The notes under the pieces are model-generated. The model did no database searches and was not told the origin of the DNA. It saw only the letters and a program-made list of their open reading frames with translations. Below are positions 47,832 to 58,954 of a stretch of 64,000 nucleotides of DNA, in pieces. Source of the DNA: an uncultured Actinomycetota bacterium (GTDB lineage: Bacteria; Actinomycetota; Actinomycetes; Propionibacteriales; Nocardioidaceae); the NCBI GenBank assembly GCA_963779635.1, contig CAVZZC010000013.1, forward strand, positions 107,874-171,873, given 5' to 3'. The position numbers and the translations under genes were made by a program. The first letter of the stretch is position 1. Each line of letters starts with the position of its first letter.

Positions 47832-50539
47832 ACACCACGCTCCAGATCCCGCCGGTCACCGAACGGCGGGAGCTCCACTGCGACGTCCTGGTCGTGGGCG
47901 GCGGCACCGCCGGCACGATGGCCGCGATCACCGCGGCCGAGGCGGGAGCCGACGTACTGCTCCTGGAGAAGGCGCACGTCCGGCACTCCGGTGCCCTCGC
48001 GATGGGCATGGACGGCGTCAACAACGCGGTCATCCCCGGCAAGGCGACCCCGGAGGACTACGTCGCCGAGATCACGCGTGCCAACGACGGCATCGTCAAC
48101 CAGGCCACCATCCGGCAGACCGCGACCCGCGGCTTCGACATGGTGCAGCGCCTGGAGAAGTACGGCGTGAAGTTCGAGAAGGACGAGTACGGCGAGTACG
48201 CCGTCCGCCGGGTGCACCGTTCGGGCGCCTACGTGCTCCCGATGCCGGAGGGCAAGGACGTCAAGAAGGTCCTCTACCGGGTGATGCGCAAGCGCGAGGT
48301 CCGCGAGCACCTCACCATCGAGAACCGGCTGATGCCGGTGCGCGTGCTCACCGTCGACGGCCGCGCGGTCGGTGTGGTCGCCTTCGACACCCGCTCCGGC
48401 GAGTTCGTGACCGTCTCGGCCGGGGCCGTCGTACTGGCCACCGGTGCCTGCGGTCGGCTCGGCCTCCCGGCGTCGGGCTACCTCTACGGGACCTACGAGA
48501 ACCCCACGAACGCCGGCGACGGCTACGCGATGGCCTATCACGCCGGTGCCGAGCTCAGCGGCATCGAGTGCTTCCAGGTCAACCCGCTGATCAAGGACTA
48601 CAACGGCCCCGCCTGCGCGTACGTCGCCAACCCGTTCGGCGGCTACCAGGTCAACTCGGAGGGCGACCGGTTCGTCGACTGCGACTACTGGTCCGGCCAG
48701 ATGATGGCCGAGGTGAAGGCGGAGATCGACTCCGCGCGCGGCCCGATCTACCTCAAGCTGACCCACCTGCCCGAGGAGACGATCTCCACGATCGAGGGGA
48801 TCCTGCACCACACCGAGCGGCCGACGCGAGGCACCTTCCACGAGGGCCGCGGGCACGACTACCGCACCCACGACGTGGAGATGCACATCTCCGAGATCGG
48901 GCTCTGCGGCGGGCACTCCTCGTCCGGTGTCTGGGTGGACGAGAACGCGCAGACCACGGTGGCCGGGCTGTACGCCGCCGGCGACCTCGCCTGCGTGCCG
49001 CACAACTACATGATCGGCGCGTTCGTCTTCGGCGACCTGGCGGGCACGCACGCCTCCTCCCACCTGCCCGCGAGCCGGACCGCACTGCCGGAGGACCAGA
49101 TCGCCGAGGCGCACGAGCTGATCTACCGGCCGCTGCGCAACCCGTACGGGCCGCCGCAGCCGCAGGTCGAGTACAAGCTGCGCCGTTTCGTCAACGACTA
49201 CGTGGCCCCGCCCAAGACCGCGAAGAAGCTGGAGATCGCGATCGAGTCGTTCGACCGGATGAGCGGCGAGCTGGTCGAGATGGGTGCCCGCACCCCGCAC
49301 GAGCTGATGCGGTGTGCCGAGGTCACCTTCATCCGCGACTGTGCCGAGCTCGCGGCACGGGCCTCGATGGTGCGTGAGGAGTCCCGCTGGGGCCTCTACC
49401 ACTCGCGTGCCGACCTCCCGATGCGCAACGACGACGAGTGGTTCTTCCACCTCAACGTGCGCCGGCGGACCGACGGGGCCACCGAGTTCGTACGCCGTCC
49501 CGTGGCCGCCTACCTGGTGCCGGTCGAGGACGTGGAGATTCCCGACGCGGCGCCGCAGGACGTGGCCGTGATCTCGGTGGTGGAGCCGCGCGCGTTGCGC
49601 GGTCCGGTGGTTGAGGAGGTCGGTCACGACCGTCTCGAAACCTCCGGACCCCACTCGCCGCGGATGCTGGAGCTGCTCGGCCTGGCCGACCGGGTCCCCG
49701 ACCTCGCGGCGCTGTCTCCGTTCCTCGCGGACCCGGACCCGCAGGTACGCCGGGCCGCGGTGGCCACGCTGACCGAGGTGGTGCCGCAGGGCGCCGGCCC
49801 GGCGCTCGCGACGGCGCTGCTCGACGAGCAGGAGTCGGTGCGCTCGGCCGCCGCCGCTGCGTTGCGCGAGCTGGTCGAGGTGCTGCAGGCCGACGATGAG
49901 CTGCGCGCCGCGCTGCTCACCGCGCTGACCGCGCCCGACCCGGTGTCGCGGGCAGCCGTGCTCGACGTGCTGCGGGCCCTGAAGCTCGCCGACCAGGACC
50001 TGTTCCGGGAGGCCGCCCGCGACGAGGACCACCGGGTCCGGCTGCAGGCGGTGCGCGGGCTGGTGTCGCTCGACGACGTCGCCGGGGTGGCCGCGTCCGG
50101 CGCGGACCCCGAGCGGGAGGTCCGGGTGGCCGCGGCCCACGGCCTGGGCACGATCGCGTCCCCGGAGGGCGCCGAGCACCTGGTCGGCCTCGCGGGCGAC
50201 CCCGAGCCGCTGGTCCGGGCCGCCGCCCTGGAGGCCGCGGCCGGCCTCTCCGGAGTCGAGGAGCTCTGGCGGCAGGCGGTCGCCGGGGCGCAGGCCCCGG
50301 AGTGGCAGGTCCGGGTCGGCGCGGTCCGCGGGCTGGCCGCGGCGCCGGTCGACCTCGCCGCACCGGTCGTCGCCCGGACGGCGGACGACGTACACGCCGA
50401 TGTGCGGAAGGCGGCGGTGATCGCGCTCGGTCGCTGGGCGCACCGCCCCGACGTACGCGACGCGCTCGAGCTCGCGACCAAGGACACCGACGCCGACGTA
50501 CGCGGCTATGCCCGAAGGGCACTCGCCGGGCGTCTCTAG
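47828..50539 (+). CDS. Fumarate reductase/APS reductase-type flavoprotein fused to HEAT repeats
   Basis: GGGTAG FAD motif, GLYAAGD, REESRWGLYHSRAD; C-terminal ~300 aa of D.D..VR.AA repeats. Confidence 0.88.
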   Translation: MNTTLQIPPVTERRELHCDVLVVGGGTAGTMAAITAAEAGADVLLLEKAHVRHSGALAMGMDGVNNAVIPGKATPEDYVAEITRANDGIVNQATIRQTATRGFDMVQRLEKYGVKFEKDEYGEYAVRRVHRSGAYVLPMPEGKDVKKVLYRVMRKREVREHLTIENRLMPVRVLTVDGRAVGVVAFDTRSGEFVTVSAGAVVLATGACGRLGLPASGYLYGTYENPTNAGDGYAMAYHAGAELSGIECFQVNPLIKDYNGPACAYVANPFGGYQVNSEGDRFVDCDYWSGQMMAEVKAEIDSARGPIYLKLTHLPEETISTIEGILHHTERPTRGTFHEGRGHDYRTHDVEMHISEIGLCGGHSSSGVWVDENAQTTVAGLYAAGDLACVPHNYMIGAFVFGDLAGTHASSHLPASRTALPEDQIAEAHELIYRPLRNPYGPPQPQVEYKLRRFVNDYVAPPKTAKKLEIAIESFDRMSGELVEMGARTPHELMRCAEVTFIRDCAELAARASMVREESRWGLYHSRADLPMRNDDEWFFHLNVRRRTDGATEFVRRPVAAYLVPVEDVEIPDAAPQDVAVISVVEPRALRGPVVEEVGHDRLETSGPHSPRMLELLGLADRVPDLAALSPFLADPDPQVRRAAVATLTEVVPQGAGPALATALLDEQESVRSAAAAALRELVEVLQADDELRAALLTALTAPDPVSRAAVLDVLRALKLADQDLFREAARDEDHRVRLQAVRGLVSLDDVAGVAASGADPEREVRVAAAHGLGTIASPEGAEHLVGLAGDPEPLVRAAALEAAAGLSGVEELWRQAVAGAQAPEWQVRVGAVRGLAAAPVDLAAPVVARTADDVHADVRKAAVIALGRWAHRPDVRDALELATKDTDADVRGYARRALAGRL

Positions 50540-50609
50540 ACCCGTCCCCGGGTCGGTGGAGCGCACCCTTCACCGGCCCGGGGGCGTTCCCCGGGAGTAG
50601 CCTCCGGTC

Positions 50610-51317
50610 GTGTCGCTCCTCGATCCGCGAACGGGGGAGACCCTACGGGGGCTCGCCGCTCGCAAGGAGCGCGGCCATCGCCGCGACGACGCCCGGATCG
50701 TGCAGCACGCGCAGCACCTCTGCGACGAGCCGTTGCAGCACGGCGCGCTGCTGACCAGCAAGGGTCTGGCTGGTTCCGCCGCCGGGCTGCCGACCTGGAC
50801 CATCCTGGCTCTCGGCCCCACCCGGGTCTGGGCCCTGGTGGGTGGCCGGACGCATCCGGACCAGGCCGAGGACGTCGTCGAGGAGTGGCCGCGGGCCCGG
50901 GTCGGACTCCGCAAGGTGGCTCGCCGGCTGGTCGAGCTCGCGCTCCCCGGCGGTGAGCTCGCTGTGATGCGCCCGGAGACCCTCTCGCTCGAGGCCGAGG
51001 CCGCGTTCGGCACCCCGCCCGTTGATACCGCCTTTCTGGCGGACGACGACGGCCTGGAACGCGTGGAGCCCCACGGTGGCGGCACCGGGGTGACCTGGGA
51101 GTCGCTGCGCCAGGTCACCCTCGTGCACGCGACGTCCCAGGGCTGGAAGGCCGTCCTGTTCACCGGCGTGGACGGTGACCTGCGGGTGCCCTACGGAGCC
51201 ATGCGCGAGGCGATCTGGCAGCGGGTGCGGCAGCTGCCCGGCGCCAACGCGGCCGTCGTCGACTCCGCGATCGCCAGTGCCGGACCCCGCGACCGTCTGG
51301 TGTGGTGGCAGGGCTAG
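50610..51317 (+). CDS. Hypothetical protein
   Basis: Leaderless TAGCCT 6 nt before GTG; fills the gap. Confidence 0.6.
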   Translation: MSLLDPRTGETLRGLAARKERGHRRDDARIVQHAQHLCDEPLQHGALLTSKGLAGSAAGLPTWTILALGPTRVWALVGGRTHPDQAEDVVEEWPRARVGLRKVARRLVELALPGGELAVMRPETLSLEAEAAFGTPPVDTAFLADDDGLERVEPHGGGTGVTWESLRQVTLVHATSQGWKAVLFTGVDGDLRVPYGAMREAIWQRVRQLPGANAAVVDSAIASAGPRDRLVWWQG

Positions 51318-51318
51318 C

Positions 51319-52773
51319 TCAGCTAAACAGCTGCTTCCCCTGGTCGATCAGCAGGATCACCGAGAAGAAGCCGTAGAACACCACGGCCCAGATGATCATC
51401 CCGAACCGCCCGCCGCGCAGGCCGATCTCGCGCGGCAGCACGCCGCGGTTGAGCTGGATCAGCAGGCACGAGTAGACGAACATCACCACGCCGTTGAGAG
51501 CCGCGGCGATCACCAGCAGCACCAGCGGCTGGGTGACGCCGGAGAGCAGGATCACCGAGCCGAACAGGATCATCAGCCACACGGTGGCGAAGTAGAGCCG
51601 ACTCTCGCTCCAGCGCTCGTTGTCGCGCAGGGCCCCGGTTTTCAGCACGTCGGCGGTGAGCCTGCCGACCATGTCGAGCACGGTCAGGTTGGTGGAGTAC
51701 AGCACCACGCTGCCGATCAACCAGAACGCGGTGCCCAGCCAGGCGCCCTCGGACGCCTTCAGCGCCTCGCCCTGCACCTGGATGAAGTCGAAGCTCTCCT
51801 CACCGGTGGTCCCGATCGTGACGAGGGTCAGCGTCATGAACGTCAGCAGGGCGATCGCGCCGATCACGAAGAACGTCACGAACTGCTCGCGGTTGGCGAC
51901 CTTCCACCACTCGTTCCAGCGACGCATGTTCTCCTCGTCGCGGTGGAAGAAGTAGCCGGTTGTGGGAGCGGCGGTCTCCTCGCCGGTGAACGGAGAGACC
52001 ACCCGCGGCATCTTTGCGCCCATGCCGAGGCCCTTGTCGCGCACCCAGTTGGACTGCACGAGGTTCATCACCCCGCCCGCGCCGGCGAACGCGATCGCGC
52101 CGAGCAGCGCCGCAGCGCCGATGTCGGAGATGCCGCCGGGGATCTTGTCGACCTCGACGAAGCCGCGGCCGAGCGCCTTGAACCCGGGTGCCCCCAGCAG
52201 GAAGAGGATCGCGTAGATCAGGAACGCCACGATCAACGCCACCATGAAGAACTGGATCTTCTCCACGGTGCGGTAGACGACCGGCGAGGCGGTCAGCACC
52301 GCGCCGATGAGGACCAGCACCCCGATGGTGATGTAGGGGATCAGGTCCTCGGAGAAGCCCAACGCGAAGCTCAGCGTGGTGGTGCCGCCCGACGCCCAGC
52401 CCGGCCACATCCAGGCACCCACCGCCATCACGATGAACAGCACGCCCCACGGCTTCCAGAGCCGGGTGAACCCGGTCACCGCGGTCTCGCCGGTGGCGAG
52501 GGTGTAGCGCTCGATCTCCATGTTGAGGAAGTACTGCGTCAGCACCCCCAGGACGGTGAGCCAGACCAGGGCCAGGCCCACCTGAGCGGTGACGTTGGGC
52601 CACAGGACGTACTCGCCGGACCCGATCGCGCCCGCGAGCAGCAACACGCTCGGCCCGATCACCCGCTTCATCGGGAGGGCCTCGGGGAGGTCGGTGTACT
52701 GGACCGCCGGGACGTACTTGTCCGGGATCTCGGGTGCGTCTGCCGTGCCGCGGGCTCTGGTCGCCTCGCTCAT
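51319..52773 (-). CDS. Nramp/APC-superfamily-like membrane transporter
   Basis: GPSVLLLAGAIGSGE, RYTLATGE, ~11-12 hydrophobic segments; ATG 52773. Confidence 0.75.
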   Translation of the reverse strand: MSEATRARGTADAPEIPDKYVPAVQYTDLPEALPMKRVIGPSVLLLAGAIGSGEYVLWPNVTAQVGLALVWLTVLGVLTQYFLNMEIERYTLATGETAVTGFTRLWKPWGVLFIVMAVGAWMWPGWASGGTTTLSFALGFSEDLIPYITIGVLVLIGAVLTASPVVYRTVEKIQFFMVALIVAFLIYAILFLLGAPGFKALGRGFVEVDKIPGGISDIGAAALLGAIAFAGAGGVMNLVQSNWVRDKGLGMGAKMPRVVSPFTGEETAAPTTGYFFHRDEENMRRWNEWWKVANREQFVTFFVIGAIALLTFMTLTLVTIGTTGEESFDFIQVQGEALKASEGAWLGTAFWLIGSVVLYSTNLTVLDMVGRLTADVLKTGALRDNERWSESRLYFATVWLMILFGSVILLSGVTQPLVLLVIAAALNGVVMFVYSCLLIQLNRGVLPREIGLRGGRFGMIIWAVVFYGFFSVILLIDQGKQLFS

Positions 52774-52854
52774 GGCGTCTCCTAGATGCCGGGCCGAAGC
52801 CTTGTTTCGGGGAGCCGCTGCGGCCCGGTCCTGTCGACGACCACCCGAGACACC

Positions 52855-52890
52855 TTCCACGATGTGGAAGCCACCTTCTACAATGAAGAA
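52855..52890. promoter_or_regulatory. Tandem IclR-type operators
   Basis: TTCCAC-N3-GTGGAA plus degenerate TTCTAC-N3-GAAGAA, 21 bp apart. Confidence 0.6.
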
Positions 52891-52939
52891 GGCTATGCCG
52901 ATCCGGCTTGGGCGGTCAACGGGCGGGGGTGTGAACGGG

Positions 52940-55040
<2,101 letters not shown>

Positions 55041-55055
55041 GAGACCCTAGGGGCG

Positions 55056-55637
55056 ATGGCCGACCAGCGACGCACGCCGCGAGGGTCTCGGCCCCGGGGA
55101 CGCGCGGGGCCGGGGCGCGCTGCGCGCACCACCCGCCCGGCGCCCACGCCGGCTGTCGACCCCTCGCCGACGCCGGCGAAGCGCCGGCTCCGGCCGCGGC
55201 TGACCGGTCGAGCCGCGATCCTGGTGATGGTGCTGGCCGTTCTCGCGGTGTCCTACGCGTCGTCGCTTCGGGCCTACCTGGAGCAGCGCTCCCACATCGC
55301 CGAGGTGAAGGAGACGATCGCCGAGCGCCGGGCCAGCATCGACGAGCTCGAGGACGAGAAGCAGCGCTGGGAGGACCCGGTCTACGTGAGCGCGCAGGCG
55401 CGGGAGCGGTTCGGGTACGTCAAGCCGGGCGAGACGCCGTTCGTGGTGCTCGGCGAGGACGGCGAGCCGCTCCAGAGCGAGGCGGAGCTGACCGACCCGG
55501 ACACCATCGCGCCGGAGCCGAAGCGGGCCTGGTACGACGACGCGTGGGACTCGGTGAAGCTCGCCGGCCACCCGCCGACCAAGGCTCCACCGATCCCGCT
55601 GCGGAAGATCGACGGCTCCGACCAGCAGCCGGACTAG
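55056..55637 (+). CDS. divIC: Septum formation initiator (DivIC/FtsB)
   Basis: TM segment + coiled coil + WEDPVYVSAQARERFGYVKPGE; follows eno. Confidence 0.85.
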   Translation: MADQRRTPRGSRPRGRAGPGRAARTTRPAPTPAVDPSPTPAKRRLRPRLTGRAAILVMVLAVLAVSYASSLRAYLEQRSHIAEVKETIAERRASIDELEDEKQRWEDPVYVSAQARERFGYVKPGETPFVVLGEDGEPLQSEAELTDPDTIAPEPKRAWYDDAWDSVKLAGHPPTKAPPIPLRKIDGSDQQPD

Positions 55638-55647
55638 GGACACGGCG

Positions 55648-56133
55648 ATGATCGCGCCGGAGGACGAAGCCGTGGTCCAGCGGCAGCTGGGCCGGCCGCC
55701 GCGGGCCATCCACGACGTCGGGCACCGCTGCCCGTGCGGCAACCCCGACGTCGTGACCACCGAGCCGCGACTGCCGAACGGCACGCCGTTCCCCACGACC
55801 TTCTACCTCACCTGCCCACGTGCGGCTTCGTTGATCGGCACCCTCGAGGGCTCCGGCCTGATGAAGGAGATGCAGGCCCGGCTGGGCGAGGACCCGGAGC
55901 TCGCCGCGGCGTACCGGAGGGCACATGAGGCCTTCCTGGAGTTCCGGTCCGGGCTCGGTGAGGTGCCCGAGATCGAGGGGATCTCCGCCGGCGGGATGCC
56001 CGACCGGGTCAAGTGCCTGCACGTGCTCGCCGCCCACTCACTGGCGGCGGGGCGGGGCGTCAACCCGCTCGGCGACGAGGTGCTCGACCTGCTCGGTGAG
56101 TGGTGGGTCTCCGGCCCGTGCGTGGAGCGGTGA
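55648..56133 (+). CDS. DUF501 (Rv1025-like) protein
   Basis: GTPFPTTFYLTCP, GGMPDRVKCLH. Confidence 0.9.
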   Translation: MIAPEDEAVVQRQLGRPPRAIHDVGHRCPCGNPDVVTTEPRLPNGTPFPTTFYLTCPRAASLIGTLEGSGLMKEMQARLGEDPELAAAYRRAHEAFLEFRSGLGEVPEIEGISAGGMPDRVKCLHVLAAHSLAAGRGVNPLGDEVLDLLGEWWVSGPCVER

Positions 56134-56137
56134 CCGT

Positions 56138-56163
56138 GGTTTAGCGATCTTCGCGGCGGATAC
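56138..56163 (+). promoter_or_regulatory. SigB/SigF-family promoter
   Basis: GGTTT-N15-GGATAC, 8 nt before ATG 56172. Confidence 0.55.
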
Positions 56164-56171
56164 CGGATCGC

Positions 56172-56579
56172 ATGACCGACCCGGCTCCCACACCGCCTGC
56201 CGAGCAGCCGCTCGGCGCGATCGTCCACCGGTTCTCCGAGCAGCTGCCCGAGCTGGTCCGCAGCGAGCTGCGCCTGGCCCAGGCCGAGCTGACCGAGAAG
56301 GGCAAGGCCGCCGGCCTCGGCGTCGGGCTCTTCAGCGTTGCCGGCATCCTCGGGTTCTTTGCGCTGGGGACGCTCATCGCCGCCGGCATCCTCGCCCTCG
56401 ACCTCGCCGTGCCGGCGTGGGCGGCCGCGCTGATCGTCGCCGCGGTGCTGCTCGCCGCGGCCGGCATCGCGGCCATGGTCGGGAAGAAGGAGGTCACCCA
56501 GGCGACCCCGCCGGCCCCCGAGCGGGCCATCGCCGGGGTGAAGGAAGACGTCGCGGCACTGAAGGGAAACCAGTCATGA
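56172..56579 (+). CDS. Actinobacterial holin-X-like membrane protein
   Basis: LVRSELRLAQAEL, two TM segments, PERAIAGVKEDV. Confidence 0.8.
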   Translation: MTDPAPTPPAEQPLGAIVHRFSEQLPELVRSELRLAQAELTEKGKAAGLGVGLFSVAGILGFFALGTLIAAGILALDLAVPAWAAALIVAAVLLAAAGIAAMVGKKEVTQATPPAPERAIAGVKEDVAALKGNQS

Positions 56580-56803
56580 CCCGGACCCCGCCCCCACAGA
56601 CCCCGGAGGAGCTGGAGCTCCAGATCGCCCAGCAGCGCGAGGAGCTCGCGAGCACCGTCGACGCGCTCCAGGCCAAGTTCGACGTCAAGGCCAAGGCCAA
56701 GCACAAGGCCGGTGAGCTCCGCCAACAGCCGGCCCTGGTCGGCGGCGTGGCCGTCGCCGCGCTTGCGCTGGTGGCCCTCGTAGTCTGGCGTCGTCGGCGC
56801 TGA
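56576..56803 (+). CDS. DUF3618 protein
   Basis: [22 protein letters not shown]; C-terminal TM + RRRR; ATGA coupling. Confidence 0.8.
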   Translation: MTRTPPPQTPEELELQIAQQREELASTVDALQAKFDVKAKAKHKAGELRQQPALVGGVAVAALALVALVVWRRRR

Positions 56804-56826
56804 CCAACCACTGAAGGAGCCGAGTC

Positions 56827-57093
56827 ATGTCGAAGATCACGCTGCTCGCCGCTGTTGCGGCCGGATACGTCCTGGGCGCTCGCGCCGGGCGGGAGCGCTA
56901 CGAGCAGATCAAGACCGGCGCGCAGAAGGTCGCGCGCGACCCGCGGGTACAGGACGCTGCCCAGAAGGCGCAGGGTGCAGTGGCGAGCCAGGCGTCGCAC
57001 GCCGCGGAGGTGGCCAAGGACAAGGTCACCGACGCCGCCTCGACGGCCGCCGACAAGGTACGCCGCGAGACCTCGATCCAGCCCGCCCCCTGA
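56827..57093 (+). CDS. YtxH-like protein
   Basis: [16 protein letters not shown]; Ala/Lys-rich tail. Confidence 0.75.
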   Translation: MSKITLLAAVAAGYVLGARAGRERYEQIKTGAQKVARDPRVQDAAQKAQGAVASQASHAAEVAKDKVTDAASTAADKVRRETSIQPAP

Positions 57094-57812
57094 GCGACCC
57101 GCTGGCGCTGCTCGACGCGCAGGTCGTCGAGTGCCGCGCCTGCCCGCGGCTGGTCGAGTGGCGGGAGCGGGTCGCGCGAGAGAAGCGCGCAGCGTACGCG
57201 ACCGAGGACTACTGGGGCCGCCCGATCACAGGTTTCGGCGCCCGGCGGCCCAGGGTGCTGATCATCGGGCTGGCGCCTGCCGCGCACGGCGCCAACCGGA
57301 CCGGCCGGATCTTCACCGGTGACCGAAGCGGGGACTGGCTGTTCGCGAGCCTCTACCGCGTCGGCCTGGCCAACCAGCCCACGAGCGTGCACGCCGACGA
57401 CGGGCTCGAGCTCATCGACACGCGCATGATCGCCGCGGTCCGCTGCGCGCCGCCGCTCAACAAGCCGACGGTGACCGAGCGGGACACCTGCGCTCGGTGG
57501 CTGGACGCCGAGCTGGCGTTGGTCGCCGACGACGTCCGGGTGGTCGTTGCCCTCGGTTCGTTCGGCTGGGACGCCGCCATCCGCTCGCTCCGGCTGGCGG
57601 GGTGGCGGATCCCCACTCCCAAGCCGAAGTTCGGGCACGGAGCCACCGCCACCCTCGGAGCGCCGCACGGCGACGTCACGCTGCTCGGCTGCTACCACCC
57701 GAGCCAGCAGAACACCTTCACCGGCAAGCTCACCGAGGCGATGACCGACGACGTCCTCGGCCGCGCGGCCGCCCTTGGACGGGTGCCCGGGCCACGCAAT
57801 CCGCGGAGGTAG
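57090..57812 (+). CDS. udgB: Uracil-DNA glycosylase family 5; probable CTG start
   Basis: [45 protein letters not shown]; no ATG/GTG/TTG upstream of the conserved N-terminus. Confidence 0.85.
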   Translation: MSDPLALLDAQVVECRACPRLVEWRERVAREKRAAYATEDYWGRPITGFGARRPRVLIIGLAPAAHGANRTGRIFTGDRSGDWLFASLYRVGLANQPTSVHADDGLELIDTRMIAAVRCAPPLNKPTVTERDTCARWLDAELALVADDVRVVVALGSFGWDAAIRSLRLAGWRIPTPKPKFGHGATATLGAPHGDVTLLGCYHPSQQNTFTGKLTEAMTDDVLGRAAALGRVPGPRNPRR

Positions 57813-57822
57813 CCGTGACGAA
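57797..57822 (+). promoter_or_regulatory. SigK-like ECF promoter
   Basis: CAATCC-N15-ACGAA, 44 nt before ATG 57867. Confidence 0.5.
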
Positions 57823-57866
57823 GGACACCCGAGCAGTGTCCCCGTCCCCTCCGAAAGGACCGCACC

Positions 57867-58610
57867 ATGAAGCTTCTCCGGCTCGGCCGCCCCAGCCCGT
57901 CCATGGCCGTCTCCGTGACCGCCCTTGTCGTCGCACTGGGCGGTACGTCGTACGCCGCTGCGACGATCGGTACCGCCGACCTGCAGGCGAACGCCGTCAC
58001 CTCGGGCAAGATCAAGAACGAGACGATCGTGTCCAACGACGTCAAGGACGGCTCGCTCCGCGCCAAGGACCTGCGCCCCGGGCTCCTCGACCCGACCGCG
58101 GACCCGACGGCGCTCACCCGGTGGGCGCTCGTCGACGCGACCGGTCAGATCGTGGCCCAGTCCGGTGGCTTCGAGCTCGTCGCGGGCTACCCGGTCCTGC
58201 CCAACACCGCGCCCGAGGGGCAGCCGTCCAACGCGCTGCGCGCCAACGGCAACGTCTACATCGACGCCAACGAGCCGCTCGGTAACAACGGGATCGTGGC
58301 CACGGTGGCGCTGCAGAACCGCATCGACCAGAACGGTGACGGGATCACCAGCGGGCGCGCCCCGGCCCCGGACGCCAACCCCGAGTTCTCCGGCGAGATC
58401 GCGGTGAGCATGTGCGGAGTCACCGACCAGACGCCGACCAACTGCGCGCCCCCGGGCGCCCAGAACGGCAACGCGTTCGTGATCAGCCCGCGGCTGAGCG
58501 ACGGCTCGGTCACCTCGGGCGCCGGCACCGCCGCGGACCCGGGCACCCGCAAGCGGTTCTACGTGATCATCACCGGCGACTCCTCCGACTACGTGCGGCC
58601 GCAGAGCTGA
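57867..58610 (+). CDS. Secreted hypothetical protein
   Basis: Signal peptide ending SYAA; GTADLQANAVTSGKIKNETIVSNDVKDGSL repeat. Confidence 0.7.
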   Translation: MKLLRLGRPSPSMAVSVTALVVALGGTSYAAATIGTADLQANAVTSGKIKNETIVSNDVKDGSLRAKDLRPGLLDPTADPTALTRWALVDATGQIVAQSGGFELVAGYPVLPNTAPEGQPSNALRANGNVYIDANEPLGNNGIVATVALQNRIDQNGDGITSGRAPAPDANPEFSGEIAVSMCGVTDQTPTNCAPPGAQNGNAFVISPRLSDGSVTSGAGTAADPGTRKRFYVIITGDSSDYVRPQS

Positions 58611-58622
58611 GCCGATCTCGCC

Positions 58623-58648
58623 CAATCCGATGCCTGGCCGGCTCCGAA
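58623..58648 (+). promoter_or_regulatory. SigK-like ECF promoter
   Basis: CAATCC-N15-CCGAA, 53 nt before ATG 58702. Confidence 0.55.
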
Positions 58649-58701
58649 CCAGGTGATGTGACGCGGCTCACCATCGAGCGCGTCCTCACCTTGGAGGGAA
58701 C

Positions 58702-58953
58702 ATGACCGACACGAACAGAAGGAAGTTCCTCGCGGCGGCCGGGATCGGCACGGCGGCCGGCACGGTAGGGCTGGTGAGCGGCGCTTCTCCGGCGTCCGCG
58801 AAACCTCATCCGGGGCGGGCGAAGGAACCCGTACTGGCCGTGGTCGACGACCACCACGGCGCCGAGGTGCGGTTGCTCGTCGGCGAGCGCGAGGTCGTGG
58901 TCCAGGACCGTGACCTGGTGACGCGGATCCTCAACGCTGCGGGAGGCGAGTGA
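58702..58953 (+). CDS. Small Tat-signal protein
   Basis: NRRKFL twin-arginine motif, ASA cleavage site; RBS GGAGG. Confidence 0.75.
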   Translation: MTDTNRRKFLAAAGIGTAAGTVGLVSGASPASAKPHPGRAKEPVLAVVDDHHGAEVRLLVGEREVVVQDRDLVTRILNAAGGE

Positions 58954-58954
58954 G

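Noticed and set aside
56172-56579. Prophage signal from the holin annotation
   Set aside because: No integrase, endolysin or structural genes; this is a conserved actinobacterial membrane-protein trio.
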